From the NCBI GenBank assembly GCA_965203495.1, contig CBDBDB010000002.1, positions 3,115-67,114 of the forward strand: 64,000 bases of DNA, written 5' to 3'. The notes under the pieces were generated by a model. That model did not search any database. It had not been told where the DNA came from and saw only the letters and a list, made by a program, of their open reading frames with translations. The stretch comes from Candidatus Multivorans sp. (GTDB lineage Bacteria > Acidobacteriota > Thermoanaerobaculia > Multivoradales > Multivoraceae). Of the stretch, positions 21,420-29,893 are shown piece after piece; position 1 is the stretch's first letter, and the number at the start of each line of letters is the position of its first letter. Both the position numbers and the translations under genes were made by a program.

Positions 21420-22352
21420 CCTCCGCGTTGCGGCGGAGCCGGAGGTGCTTCGGCACGTGATCCGGGTGGTACAGCCACAGGTAGCGACTCGAAACCAGGC
21501 TGTCGTCGCTCGCCGCTTGCAGCAGCCGGTGCTCCTGCCGGCGTACCTTGTCCACGGCGCTGCCGAGGTGCGCCGCCACGTGGAACTTGTCGAACGCGAT
21601 CTTCCGGCGGCCATCCGGGAGGCCCGAAGCCGTTGCCGAGATGTACGCCGGCCACATGTCCATCGCCACCGTCTCGATCCGCGACCGCGCGGACCACGAC
21701 AACGACGAGTAATACGAAGCCAGCGCCTCCTTGCCCCCGACCGTCCGCCACGTGGTGCACCCGAGGAGCCTCGCCTTCGATGTCCGCCACCACCGTCAAG
21801 TACTCGTGGCGCTTCTGAAACGACGTCTCGTCCACGCCGAGAACCCGAGACGCCGGAACCGCACCGCGACGAGCAAGACCACGCTGCACCGCACGCTCCC
21901 GCACGCCCGACACCTGGTCCCAGCTCAGGTCCAGCAACCTCGCCACGGCCGAGATCGACGCCTCCTTCAACCAGTCGATCACCAGTGCCTCGAACAACGC
22001 CGTGAAACGAGAACCACGATCCGACCACGGCACCGAGATTGTCCGCACTCCGTGCTCCGGGCAGCGCACCCGAGGAACGTCCGCCGTCAGGATCGTCCGG
22101 TACTGACACGTCGGAAGGTGACGCCAGCGGCGACGACGAGTGTCATGACGGCTCGCCGCATGCCCGCACTCAGGACAGCACAGCGACTCCCCGCCGCCAA
22201 GAACCGCGAGCACCTCCACCTCGCCTGCGTCGAGCCGAAGCTGAACGTCCGTCACCTCCCAAGGAGAGCTGATTCCGAGAATCTGACCGTACAAGTCTGT
22301 GTCACGCATGGCACCAGACTACCCCGAAATCCACCATCAACCCTGAAGAGCC
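21420..22352 (-). mobile_element. Truncated, frameshifted ISL3-family insertion sequence
   Basis: Transposase motifs CPECG, WRHLPTCQY, RVRCPEHGV, LGVDETSFQK, VAMDMWPAY, AFDKFHV. The left end reads GGCTCTTC from 22352 on the minus strand. Frameshift in the C-run at about 21736. The 3' part and right end are missing. Confidence 0.92.
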
Positions 22353-22625
22353 TGGGAGGCTTGGTCCAGCAGGCCCGCCGCCTGGGCGGCCATCTGGACC
22401 ACGCGATGCGCGCGGCGCGCCTGTGCTCCAACGACCCGATCTGCGCCGGTCACGTGCCGAACGAAAGCCGTGAAGACCGCCTGCTCCACGGGGCCGCCTG
22501 CCACGCCTGCACGCTGATTGCCGAGACGTCTTGCGAGATGCGGAACGACTTGCCTCGACCGCGCCCTCGCGGCGCCCACGCTGAGCTCCGCGCCCGGCAC
22601 GGCCTTCTTCGGTCCGGCGGACTGA
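22353..22625 (+). pseudogene. drmB: DUF1998 (DISARM DrmB-like) C-terminal remnant
   Basis: LGGLVQQARR...LCSNDPIC...LHGAACHACTLIAETSCEMRND then, after a frameshift, LDRAL. It starts exactly at the IS end. Confidence 0.8.
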
Positions 22626-22671
22626 CCGGCGCCCGGCGAAGCGGCGACGGGGAGAGAGAGCGCCGGGGATC

Positions 22672-23452
22672 TCACTGGTCCACTTGACACAACCTTTCCC
22701 GCAGGGACTCGGGAAAGCGCGCCAGTATCAGTTGTGCCTCTTCTTCGGAGCGGGAATCCAGCATCTCGGAGAACCACTCCAGTTGCCCTTCGGGGAAAGC
22801 AGTCGCTCTGTAGCACAACAGACCGAGCGCCTCGGCGAGCTTCAGGTCAAAACCACTTGAGAAGTTCGCGACAATCATCTCCATCAGCAGTCTATTGAGG
22901 TCCTCGGATTCGAAGAATCCATTAATCGATCCACAAGACGAGAGCTCGGACTCATCCACTCCCATCTCCAGCGCCACCCTCCGTGTCAGGCTGCAGGTGA
23001 GCCTGCTGTCGAAATAGGCACGCTCAAGCGTCTCGAGTCGTTTCGCGATCTCCTCCTTGAATCGCTCGATCAACTCCTCCTTGCGAGGCTTGGCCGACAC
23101 GAAAGAATCAAAAAAGTATTGATTTGACGAAACGGCGACTTGAACATACAGATCTTTGAGACACGTCCGAATCTTGTAACTGTGTTCAAACATTCCGTAG
23201 GTAGTATCCGCGTTCGGCGGCCACTCGCGATTCAACTCCGCACACTCCCGCGCGGCGGGCAAAGAGCGCTTCTCGCCGCTCATCCTCTTCGCTTGCGGCA
23301 TCAAGCGGCAGCGATGACGGAGCCGCCGCGCAACCAAGGAGACAGGACACCATCAGGAATCTGCCTGACCTGCGGACCCCGCTGCCGGAGACCGACCTGA
23401 GCGACGTGACGGAAGACGCTTCGTGCCGACCACGAACCGAACGCCGCGTCAT
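22672..23452 (-). CDS. Low-GC orphan protein, possibly a frameshifted lipoprotein (start uncertain)
   Basis: Visibly AT-richer ORF (MFEHSYKIRTCLKDLY...). An upstream frame carries RRSGRFLMVSCLLGC and joins it if one G is removed at about 23248. Confidence 0.5.
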
Positions 23453-23629
23453 CGAGAACGGACGACGCAACAACGCGCCGACAAGAGACCCGCGAGACCC
23501 ACCTGCCGCATGAACCATCAAGACTCCTCTTCGAAGAACGCCGGAGACCTCCATTGACCGCCAGTGCGTGTAGGCGGCAACAAACGCACCGGCAAGTCGA
23601 TTCCCGGGCGGCCATGACGAACTCGCGGA

Positions 23630-24935
23630 TCAGGTCAAGCCGGCCAGGCGGTCCTTGGCCTTCAGGTCGTCCTTCACGTACTTCGCCGCCAGCATGAACA
23701 GCGCCAGGGCCAGCAGCTTTGCCATCCCGACCCAGAGCAGCGACCAGCGGATGGCCTCGATGCCGTAGCGCGGCGCCAGGATGTCGTTCAGGGCGCCGAC
23801 CATCTGCGGTCCCAAGCCCATGCCGATCAGATTCAGGACGAACAGCAGGACGGACGAAGCGAGCGCCCGCATGCGCACGGTGACCAAGGCGTGGGTCATG
23901 GCGATCGCCGGGCCGAGGTAGACGGTGCTCAAAGCGAGGACGACAAAGTAGGAGAGGATCGCCGGGATCGGCCGGTCGAGGAGCAGGAACACGACCATGA
24001 ACGGAAAGTAGAACGGCGATCGTGAGGGCGCCGATCCAGACGTACCAACGCGGATCGCGCTTCGCGAGCCGGTCGGCGACAAGGCCGGTGATTATCATCC
24101 CCAGTGCGCCGCCAACGCCGGTTTCGATCCCCATCCACGTGCCGATCTCGCCGCTGCCCATGCCGTGGACGCGGCCCAGGAAAGCCGGCACCCAGGCGCC
24201 GAAACCGTAGGCCGTCAGCGAAGCGATGCCCGAAGCGACCGCCAGCAGCATGAAGGAGCGGAGCGACCTGAGAAACCTGACCACCTCGCCCAGCGAATAC
24301 GACTTCGTGTCGGCGCCGGCCGCCTCGGACATGCCGCGCGGCGGCTCGCGCACGGTGAGCCGCATGACGACCGCCAGCAGAACGCCGGGAATGCCGACGA
24401 CGAAGAAGGCGGCGCGCCAATCGAAGAACTCGACCATCCAGCCGCCGGCCAGGTAACCGAGCGCCACGCCCACCGGAATGCCGATGCTGTAGACCGAGAG
24501 CGCGGCCGCCCGCCGCTCCGGCAGGAAGTAGTCCGAGATGAGGGAGTGGGCCGGCGGGCTGCCCGCCGCTTCGCCGATGCCGACGCCGACGCGCGCCAAG
24601 GCGAGTTGGACGAAGTTCTGAGCGAGTCCGCAGAGCGCGGTCATCACGCTCCACACGGTCAACCCGACCGCGATGATCGATCGCCGCACGCCGCGGTCCG
24701 CCCAGCGCGCGATCGGGATGCCGAATCCGGTGTAGAAGACGGCGAAGGCGAAGCCGGTCAGGAACCCCATCTGGGTGTCCGAGACGCCGAGGTCCTCCTT
24801 GATCGGATCGAGAAGAATCGAGAGGATCTGCCGGTCGACGAAGTTGAAGACGTAGACGAGGAACAGAATTCCCAGCACGTAGCGGGAGTACGCCGGACTG
24901 AACCGTTCCGTGTGCTGCGCCTGCTGAGCGGACAA
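23630..24935 (-). CDS. MFS transporter (spinster-like) with one frameshift at about 24015
   Basis: FNFVDRQILSILL, ARWADRGVRR, GEAAGSPPAHSLISDYF. The C-terminal helices continue in ORF 23630-24082. Confidence 0.9.
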
Positions 24936-24964
24936 GTCCGAGACCGTAGCAGATCGCGGAGGCC

Positions 24965-26245
24965 TCAGAGCGCTCGGAACCCGTCGGGCCCGGCCGAACC
25001 GGCGGTCCGCGCGACCCGGACGGACCGGGCGGCGCGCGTGTCGAGACTGACGCTCTTGAGCAGGGCGAATACCGGCGAACCGACCGCCAGGCCCAATTCG
25101 GCCGCCGACGCCCGCGTGATCCGCGCCCGCAGCCGGTGCGACCCGAGATCGACGATCGCCTCGGCGAAGGCGGTCGACTCGTCCTGCCGAAGCGCCGCGA
25201 GAACGCCGGACAACACGTTGCGGATGCTGGTCGGCGACGGCCGTTCCGCGGCCAGCGAGACATCCCGGGATCGCACCAGCAGTCGGGCCGCCTCGCCAAC
25301 CGCGAGATGCTCGATCCGCGGCACGCTGAGCCGCTGGCCGTCCAGGTCAAGCCACGTCAGCCGGAAGTCGTCGTCGTGAGCGACAACCCGTCCCTCCAGC
25401 ACGGACGCCGCCCGAAAGCGCTCGGTGAGCGGCGCGAGATCGAGCCGCTCGAGCACCTCGACCGTGCCGCCGAATGCCTGGACCCGGCCCTCCGCCAGCA
25501 CCAGGACGCGATCCGCCAGCAACGCGACCTCATCGACGGCGTGACTCACGTAGAGGGTCGGGATGCCGAAGCGCCCCTGCAAGGCCTGGAGCACGGGCAG
25601 GACCTCCGCCTTGCGGCGGCGGTCGAGAGCGGACAGGGGTTCGTCGAGCAGCAGCAGGCGCGGACGGCCGAGCAGGGCCCTTCCCAGCGCCGCCCGCTGG
25701 CGCTCGCCGCCCGACAGCGTCTGCGGGCGGCGCCGGAGCAGCGGCCCCAGGTCCAGTGCGTCGACGACATCGTCGAGGGCGATCGACGACAGCGCGTCCG
25801 GCCCCGACCGGCTCCGCCGATCGGCGTAGCGGAGGTTGCCGGCCACGTCGAGATGCGGAAACAGCCGCCCGTCCTGGAACGTGCAGCCCACGGAGCGCCG
25901 ATGCGGCGGCGCCAGCACGCCGCGCTCGCTGTCGAGCCAGGTGCGGCCGCAAAACGCGATCCGGCCGCGGACGCCGCTCTCGAAGCCGAGGACGGCCCGC
26001 AGCAGGGTCGTCTTGCCGCCGCCCGAAGGGCCGAAGACCGCGGTAACGCCGGACGCCGGGATCGTCTGCGCGACCTCCAGATCGAAGCCGGGGAAGTCGA
26101 CCCGCAGATCGAGTTCCAGGGCGGCGTCGATGCCCTGCGCGCCGCCCGCCCGGTCGACGTCGTTCGCGCGAGTCGTGTCCTTCGGGCGGCCCGGAGCGCC
26201 GGCGTTGTCGACGGGCGCCGCGCCGCTTCCGCCGTCAGGCGACAT
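24965..26245 (-). CDS. modC: Molybdate ABC transporter ATP-binding protein
   Basis: GPSGGGKTT, LSGGERQR, LLLDEP, and a C-terminal TOBE-like region (SIRNVLSG, ARITRASAAEL). Confidence 0.95.
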   Translation of the reverse strand: MSPDGGSGAAPVDNAGAPGRPKDTTRANDVDRAGGAQGIDAALELDLRVDFPGFDLEVAQTIPASGVTAVFGPSGGGKTTLLRAVLGFESGVRGRIAFCGRTWLDSERGVLAPPHRRSVGCTFQDGRLFPHLDVAGNLRYADRRSRSGPDALSSIALDDVVDALDLGPLLRRRPQTLSGGERQRAALGRALLGRPRLLLLDEPLSALDRRRKAEVLPVLQALQGRFGIPTLYVSHAVDEVALLADRVLVLAEGRVQAFGGTVEVLERLDLAPLTERFRAASVLEGRVVAHDDDFRLTWLDLDGQRLSVPRIEHLAVGEAARLLVRSRDVSLAAERPSPTSIRNVLSGVLAALRQDESTAFAEAIVDLGSHRLRARITRASAAELGLAVGSPVFALLKSVSLDTRAARSVRVARTAGSAGPDGFRAL

Positions 26246-26912
26246 GGACCGGCAGCCTTCGGTTGAAGACGTACACGAACACGAGCGTCACGAACGAGAA
26301 CAGCAGCAGCCCCGCCGCCAGCGCATGCGCCTCCTCATAACGCAGGGTCTCGACGTGCTCGTAGATGGCGATGGAGATGACCCTCGTCTTGCCCGGGATG
26401 TTGCCGCCGACCATCAGCACGACGCCGAACTCGCCGATCGTGTGGGCGAAGGTCAGGACGGACGCGGTCAGAAAACCGCGCAGCGAGAGCGGCGCCGCCA
26501 CCGTCAGAAAGGCGTCGAGAGGCGAGGCGCGGAGCGCGGCCGCGGCCTCCAGAGGACCCCGGCCCAGCGACTCGAAGGCGGCCTGGAGCGGCTGCACCAT
26601 GAACGGCAGCGAGTAGACGACGGAAGCGATCAGAAGGCCCGCGAACGAGAACGTCAGGGTGGTGTCCGTGACCTCCACCCAGAGCCCGCCCAGCCACGAT
26701 CTGGGACTCATCAGCAGCAGCAGGTAGAAGCCCAGCACCGTCGGCGGCAGCACCAGAGGCAGGGCCGTCACCGCCTCGATCACCGGCTTCAGCCGCGATC
26801 GGGCGCCCGAAAGCCACCAGGCCAGCGGCGTGCCGAGCGCCAGAAGCACCGCCGTCGCCGACGCCGCGAGGCGCAGGCTGAGCCACAGCGGGCCGAGTTC
26901 GGGCAGATCCAC
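26235..26912 (-). CDS. modB: Molybdate ABC transporter permease
   Basis: LPLVLPPTVLGFYLL, AHTIGEFGVVLMVGGNIPGKTR. Confidence 0.96.
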   Translation of the reverse strand: MDLPELGPLWLSLRLAASATAVLLALGTPLAWWLSGARSRLKPVIEAVTALPLVLPPTVLGFYLLLLMSPRSWLGGLWVEVTDTTLTFSFAGLLIASVVYSLPFMVQPLQAAFESLGRGPLEAAAALRASPLDAFLTVAAPLSLRGFLTASVLTFAHTIGEFGVVLMVGGNIPGKTRVISIAIYEHVETLRYEEAHALAAGLLLFSFVTLVFVYVFNRRLPVHVA

Positions 26913-26924
26913 CGGACGCGTTCC

Positions 26925-27755
26925 TCAGCGGGCGTGCGCGTGGCGGCGTGGCGGACGGCCGCCCGGGGTGGAACCGGAGGCGCCGGCCTCGGGCTGACCG
27001 GCGTCGAGCGGCCCAACTGCCCCGTCGACGACGAAGCCGGACGACTCGATGACGTTCCGGGCCTCCGGACTGGCCAGAAAGCCGTGGAAGTCGCGAGCGG
27101 CCGGCTTCGCTTCCGCGCGCTCCAGCAGCACCGCGTCCTGACGGATCGGCCCGACCATGTCCGGAGGCACTTCCCAGTAGCCTCCGCCCTGGTTCAGGGC
27201 GGACGACAAGGCAACGAAACCGAGTTCCGCGTTGCCGGAGGCAACCATGGCGAAGCTCTGGCCCACGTTCTCTCCCACGACGATCCTCGAACGGAGACTC
27301 TCCCACAAGCCCAGCCTGCGCAGGACGTCCCGGGCCGCGGCGCCGTAGGGCGCGAGATCCGGATTCGCGATCGCGAGCCGCCGGAACGTCCCCGCGCGGA
27401 GCGTTTCGGCGGAGGCCTGGAGCGTCCGGTCGGGGCTCCACAGCACCAACCGTCCGATCGCATAGGTCCGCCGGGATCCCTCGACAGCCAACCCCTGTTC
27501 CACCAGCAGCCGCGGACGTTCCTGGTCAGCGGCAAGGAACACGTCGAAGGGCGCGCCGTGGAGGATCTGCGCGTAGAGCCTGCCCGTCGAACCGACGGTG
27601 ATCGTGACCCGATGACCGGTGCGCCGCTCGAAGTCGGCCGCGAGCGCCTCGACCGCTCCGGCGGCGTTCGCCGCCGCGGCGACCGTGACCTCTCCGGTAG
27701 AGGCCCCCGCCGCAACCAGGAACAGCGCCGGCGCGAACCGAAGAGCCTCCCTCAA
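26925..27755 (-). CDS. modA: Molybdate ABC transporter substrate-binding protein
   Basis: TTG start overlapping the upstream TGA. VAAAAN, GSTGRLYAQI, APFDVFLAAD, IANPDLAPYGAAA, GFVALS. Confidence 0.92.
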   Translation of the reverse strand: MREALRFAPALFLVAAGASTGEVTVAAAANAAGAVEALAADFERRTGHRVTITVGSTGRLYAQILHGAPFDVFLAADQERPRLLVEQGLAVEGSRRTYAIGRLVLWSPDRTLQASAETLRAGTFRRLAIANPDLAPYGAAARDVLRRLGLWESLRSRIVVGENVGQSFAMVASGNAELGFVALSSALNQGGGYWEVPPDMVGPIRQDAVLLERAEAKPAARDFHGFLASPEARNVIESSGFVVDGAVGPLDAGQPEAGASGSTPGGRPPRRHAHAR

Positions 27756-29536
27756 ACGGCGACCGCCTGCGCCGTCCGCCTCGGGTCGCCGCAGGCGACG
27801 GCGCCGTCCTCCTCGATCAGGACGCCTTCGAAGGAGCCGCAGAGCCAGTTCCAGGGATTGACCACTTCGACGGTGGCGCCCGCCTCCTCGAGCCGCCGGA
27901 CCGGCTCGCCGGCGAGGTCGACTTCGACGATCAACGCCCCGGGCACGCTCATCGACGAGCCGCCGAACCGCGGCTTGTGGACCGAGGTCTCCAGGTCGAG
28001 GCCGAAGTCGAGCAGGTTCGTCGTGTTCTGGACGATGTTCTCGGTCAAGGAGACGCTTGGCGAGCCGGAGGCGAGTACCGGGCGGCCGTTCCTGGTGAAG
28101 ATGTTCGGGCAGATCCGGGCGTGAGCGCGGCCGCCCGGTTCGACCGGGCCGGAGCCGAGGTGAACGCCGGAAGCGCAGGCGTAGACGCCGTCGACGTAGA
28201 TGCCGGTTCGGAACGGCATCGACATGACCGAGTGCAGCACGGTGGCGACGTTGCCCGCGGCGTCGACCACGGTGACGTGGTTCGAGCCCGGCGGAGGGGG
28301 CGCCGCCGCTCCCAACGCCTCGTAGCGGTCGTTGGGACTGGCCGGTTTGCCCTCGAGCGCGGCGAAGCGCTCCGCCGCGTACTCCTTCGAGATCGCCCGC
28401 TCCACGCCGGGCAACGTGCCGTCGAAGCGGCCGCCGACCGCATCGGCGTAGACCCGCCCGATGATCTGCATCATCTTCAGCGTCGTCTCGCCGGACTCGA
28501 ACGCGGGGCCCGCCCCCTGGAGGTCCAGCAGTTCGACCATGTTCATGATTTCGACCAGGGCCTGGCCGCCGAAGTCCGGCGCCGGCGAACCGACGACACC
28601 GTACCCGCGGTACGTGCCCTGCACCGGGTCGTCCCAGAACGCCTCGTAGGCCGCCATGTCGTCCGCGGTGATCAGGCCGCCGCGCGCCTGGACCGTCTCC
28701 GCGTAACGGCGGCCGAACTCGCCGCGATAGAAGTGGTCGCCGCCTTCTTCGGCGAGCCGCTCCAGAGTGTCCGCCAGCTCGCTTTGCACCAGCATCTCGC
28801 CGATGTCGCGCAAGGCGCCGCCCTTGAAGTAGATCTCCCGGCTGAACGGCTCCCGCCCCAGGACCGCCGCCTCCACGAACATCTCGCCCCACAGGAAGGG
28901 GTGGATCTCGAATCCGCGGCGAGCGTAGTGGATGGCCGGCGCCATCACGGCGGCCCGCGGCAGCAGCCCGTGGCGGTCGTGCGCCGCCTCGAAGCCGCCC
29001 CAGAAGCCGGGCACGAAACAGAGGGTTCCGTCCGTCTTCGTCATCAGCGCGCCGAAGGCGGCCGCGTCCATGTTCCGCACGTCCGGAACCGCCTGGGGCG
29101 CCGCCATCATGCCGTTGACGTAGGTGTACTCGCCGGAGGCGGCGTCGTGGTAGAGCATCGACAGGCAACCCGACAGGGTCGTCATGTGCGGCTCGACGAC
29201 CGCCTGCGCGATGCTCGCAGCCAGCACTCCGTCGCAGGCGTTGCCGCCGTTGGCGAGCATGTCGGCGGCGGCGGCGGAGGCCAGCGGATGAGTGCAGATC
29301 GCGATCCCGGAAGCGCCCCGGACCGCCTGCTTCGGTCCGAAGCGCGCTGCCGCCACGAGTTCCCTACGCTCCCCGTCGTCCGGCGGCGTCCAGCCGTCGA
29401 GGGGCGCCGGCGCCGAACGAGCGTCCTCCGAGCCGGGGCCGCAGCCCATCGCCATCGCCGCGCCGCCGGCCGCCGCCGTCAGCAGGGTTCGGCGATCCAG
29501 CATGAGGCCCGGATTCGCGTCGAGATCTCTTCCCAT
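27752..29536 (-). CDS. Gamma-glutamyltransferase-family Ntn hydrolase with Tat signal (atypical active site)
   Basis: DRRTLL Tat motif, HPLASAAAADML..GGNACD, VPGFWGG, GSNHVTVVDAAGN, KPRFG. Confidence 0.88.
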   Translation of the reverse strand: MGRDLDANPGLMLDRRTLLTAAAGGAAMAMGCGPGSEDARSAPAPLDGWTPPDDGERRELVAAARFGPKQAVRGASGIAICTHPLASAAAADMLANGGNACDGVLAASIAQAVVEPHMTTLSGCLSMLYHDAASGEYTYVNGMMAAPQAVPDVRNMDAAAFGALMTKTDGTLCFVPGFWGGFEAAHDRHGLLPRAAVMAPAIHYARRGFEIHPFLWGEMFVEAAVLGREPFSREIYFKGGALRDIGEMLVQSELADTLERLAEEGGDHFYRGEFGRRYAETVQARGGLITADDMAAYEAFWDDPVQGTYRGYGVVGSPAPDFGGQALVEIMNMVELLDLQGAGPAFESGETTLKMMQIIGRVYADAVGGRFDGTLPGVERAISKEYAAERFAALEGKPASPNDRYEALGAAAPPPPGSNHVTVVDAAGNVATVLHSVMSMPFRTGIYVDGVYACASGVHLGSGPVEPGGRAHARICPNIFTRNGRPVLASGSPSVSLTENIVQNTTNLLDFGLDLETSVHKPRFGGSSMSVPGALIVEVDLAGEPVRRLEEAGATVEVVNPWNWLCGSFEGVLIEEDGAVACGDPRRTAQAVAV

Positions 29537-29893
29537 GGCTTCCTTCCTCCGTGCGTGTGGCGAAGGAGGTTACCCCGCGTCGGCACCGCGACCGAAGCCG
29601 CGCCTGTGCCGCGGCGTACTTGGCCCTGCCGTCAGATGCTCGACTCGAAAGCACGACAGGAGTCCGCAAGTCATGACCGACCCCGGTCGAATCGTCCGTG
29701 CCTGCGTGTCCACGCCCTACTCAGGATCTTCAGGCAAGCGCTGTACGGTAGCCTTGCAGCGCCTCGCAGAACAAGCGCCCCTGGAATCAGGATCTCCGTC
29801 ATCGGCACATCTGTCTTCAGCGCGCCGGACCCGCGTCGTTCAGGGTCCGCGTGGAGCTGTCTTCTGGGCGCGGTTGCCCTTTCGTCCTCCGTC

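Noticed and set aside
21100-21420. Right inverted repeat and target duplication of the ISL3
   Set aside because: No plus-strand GGCTCTTC match was found (the nearest is GACCTCTTC at about 21180), so the end appears deleted.
27977-29890. First ~640 aa of the 1737-aa ORF
   Set aside because: It is the antisense shadow of the GGT-like gene plus intergenic DNA. Recognisable protein begins only near 29850.
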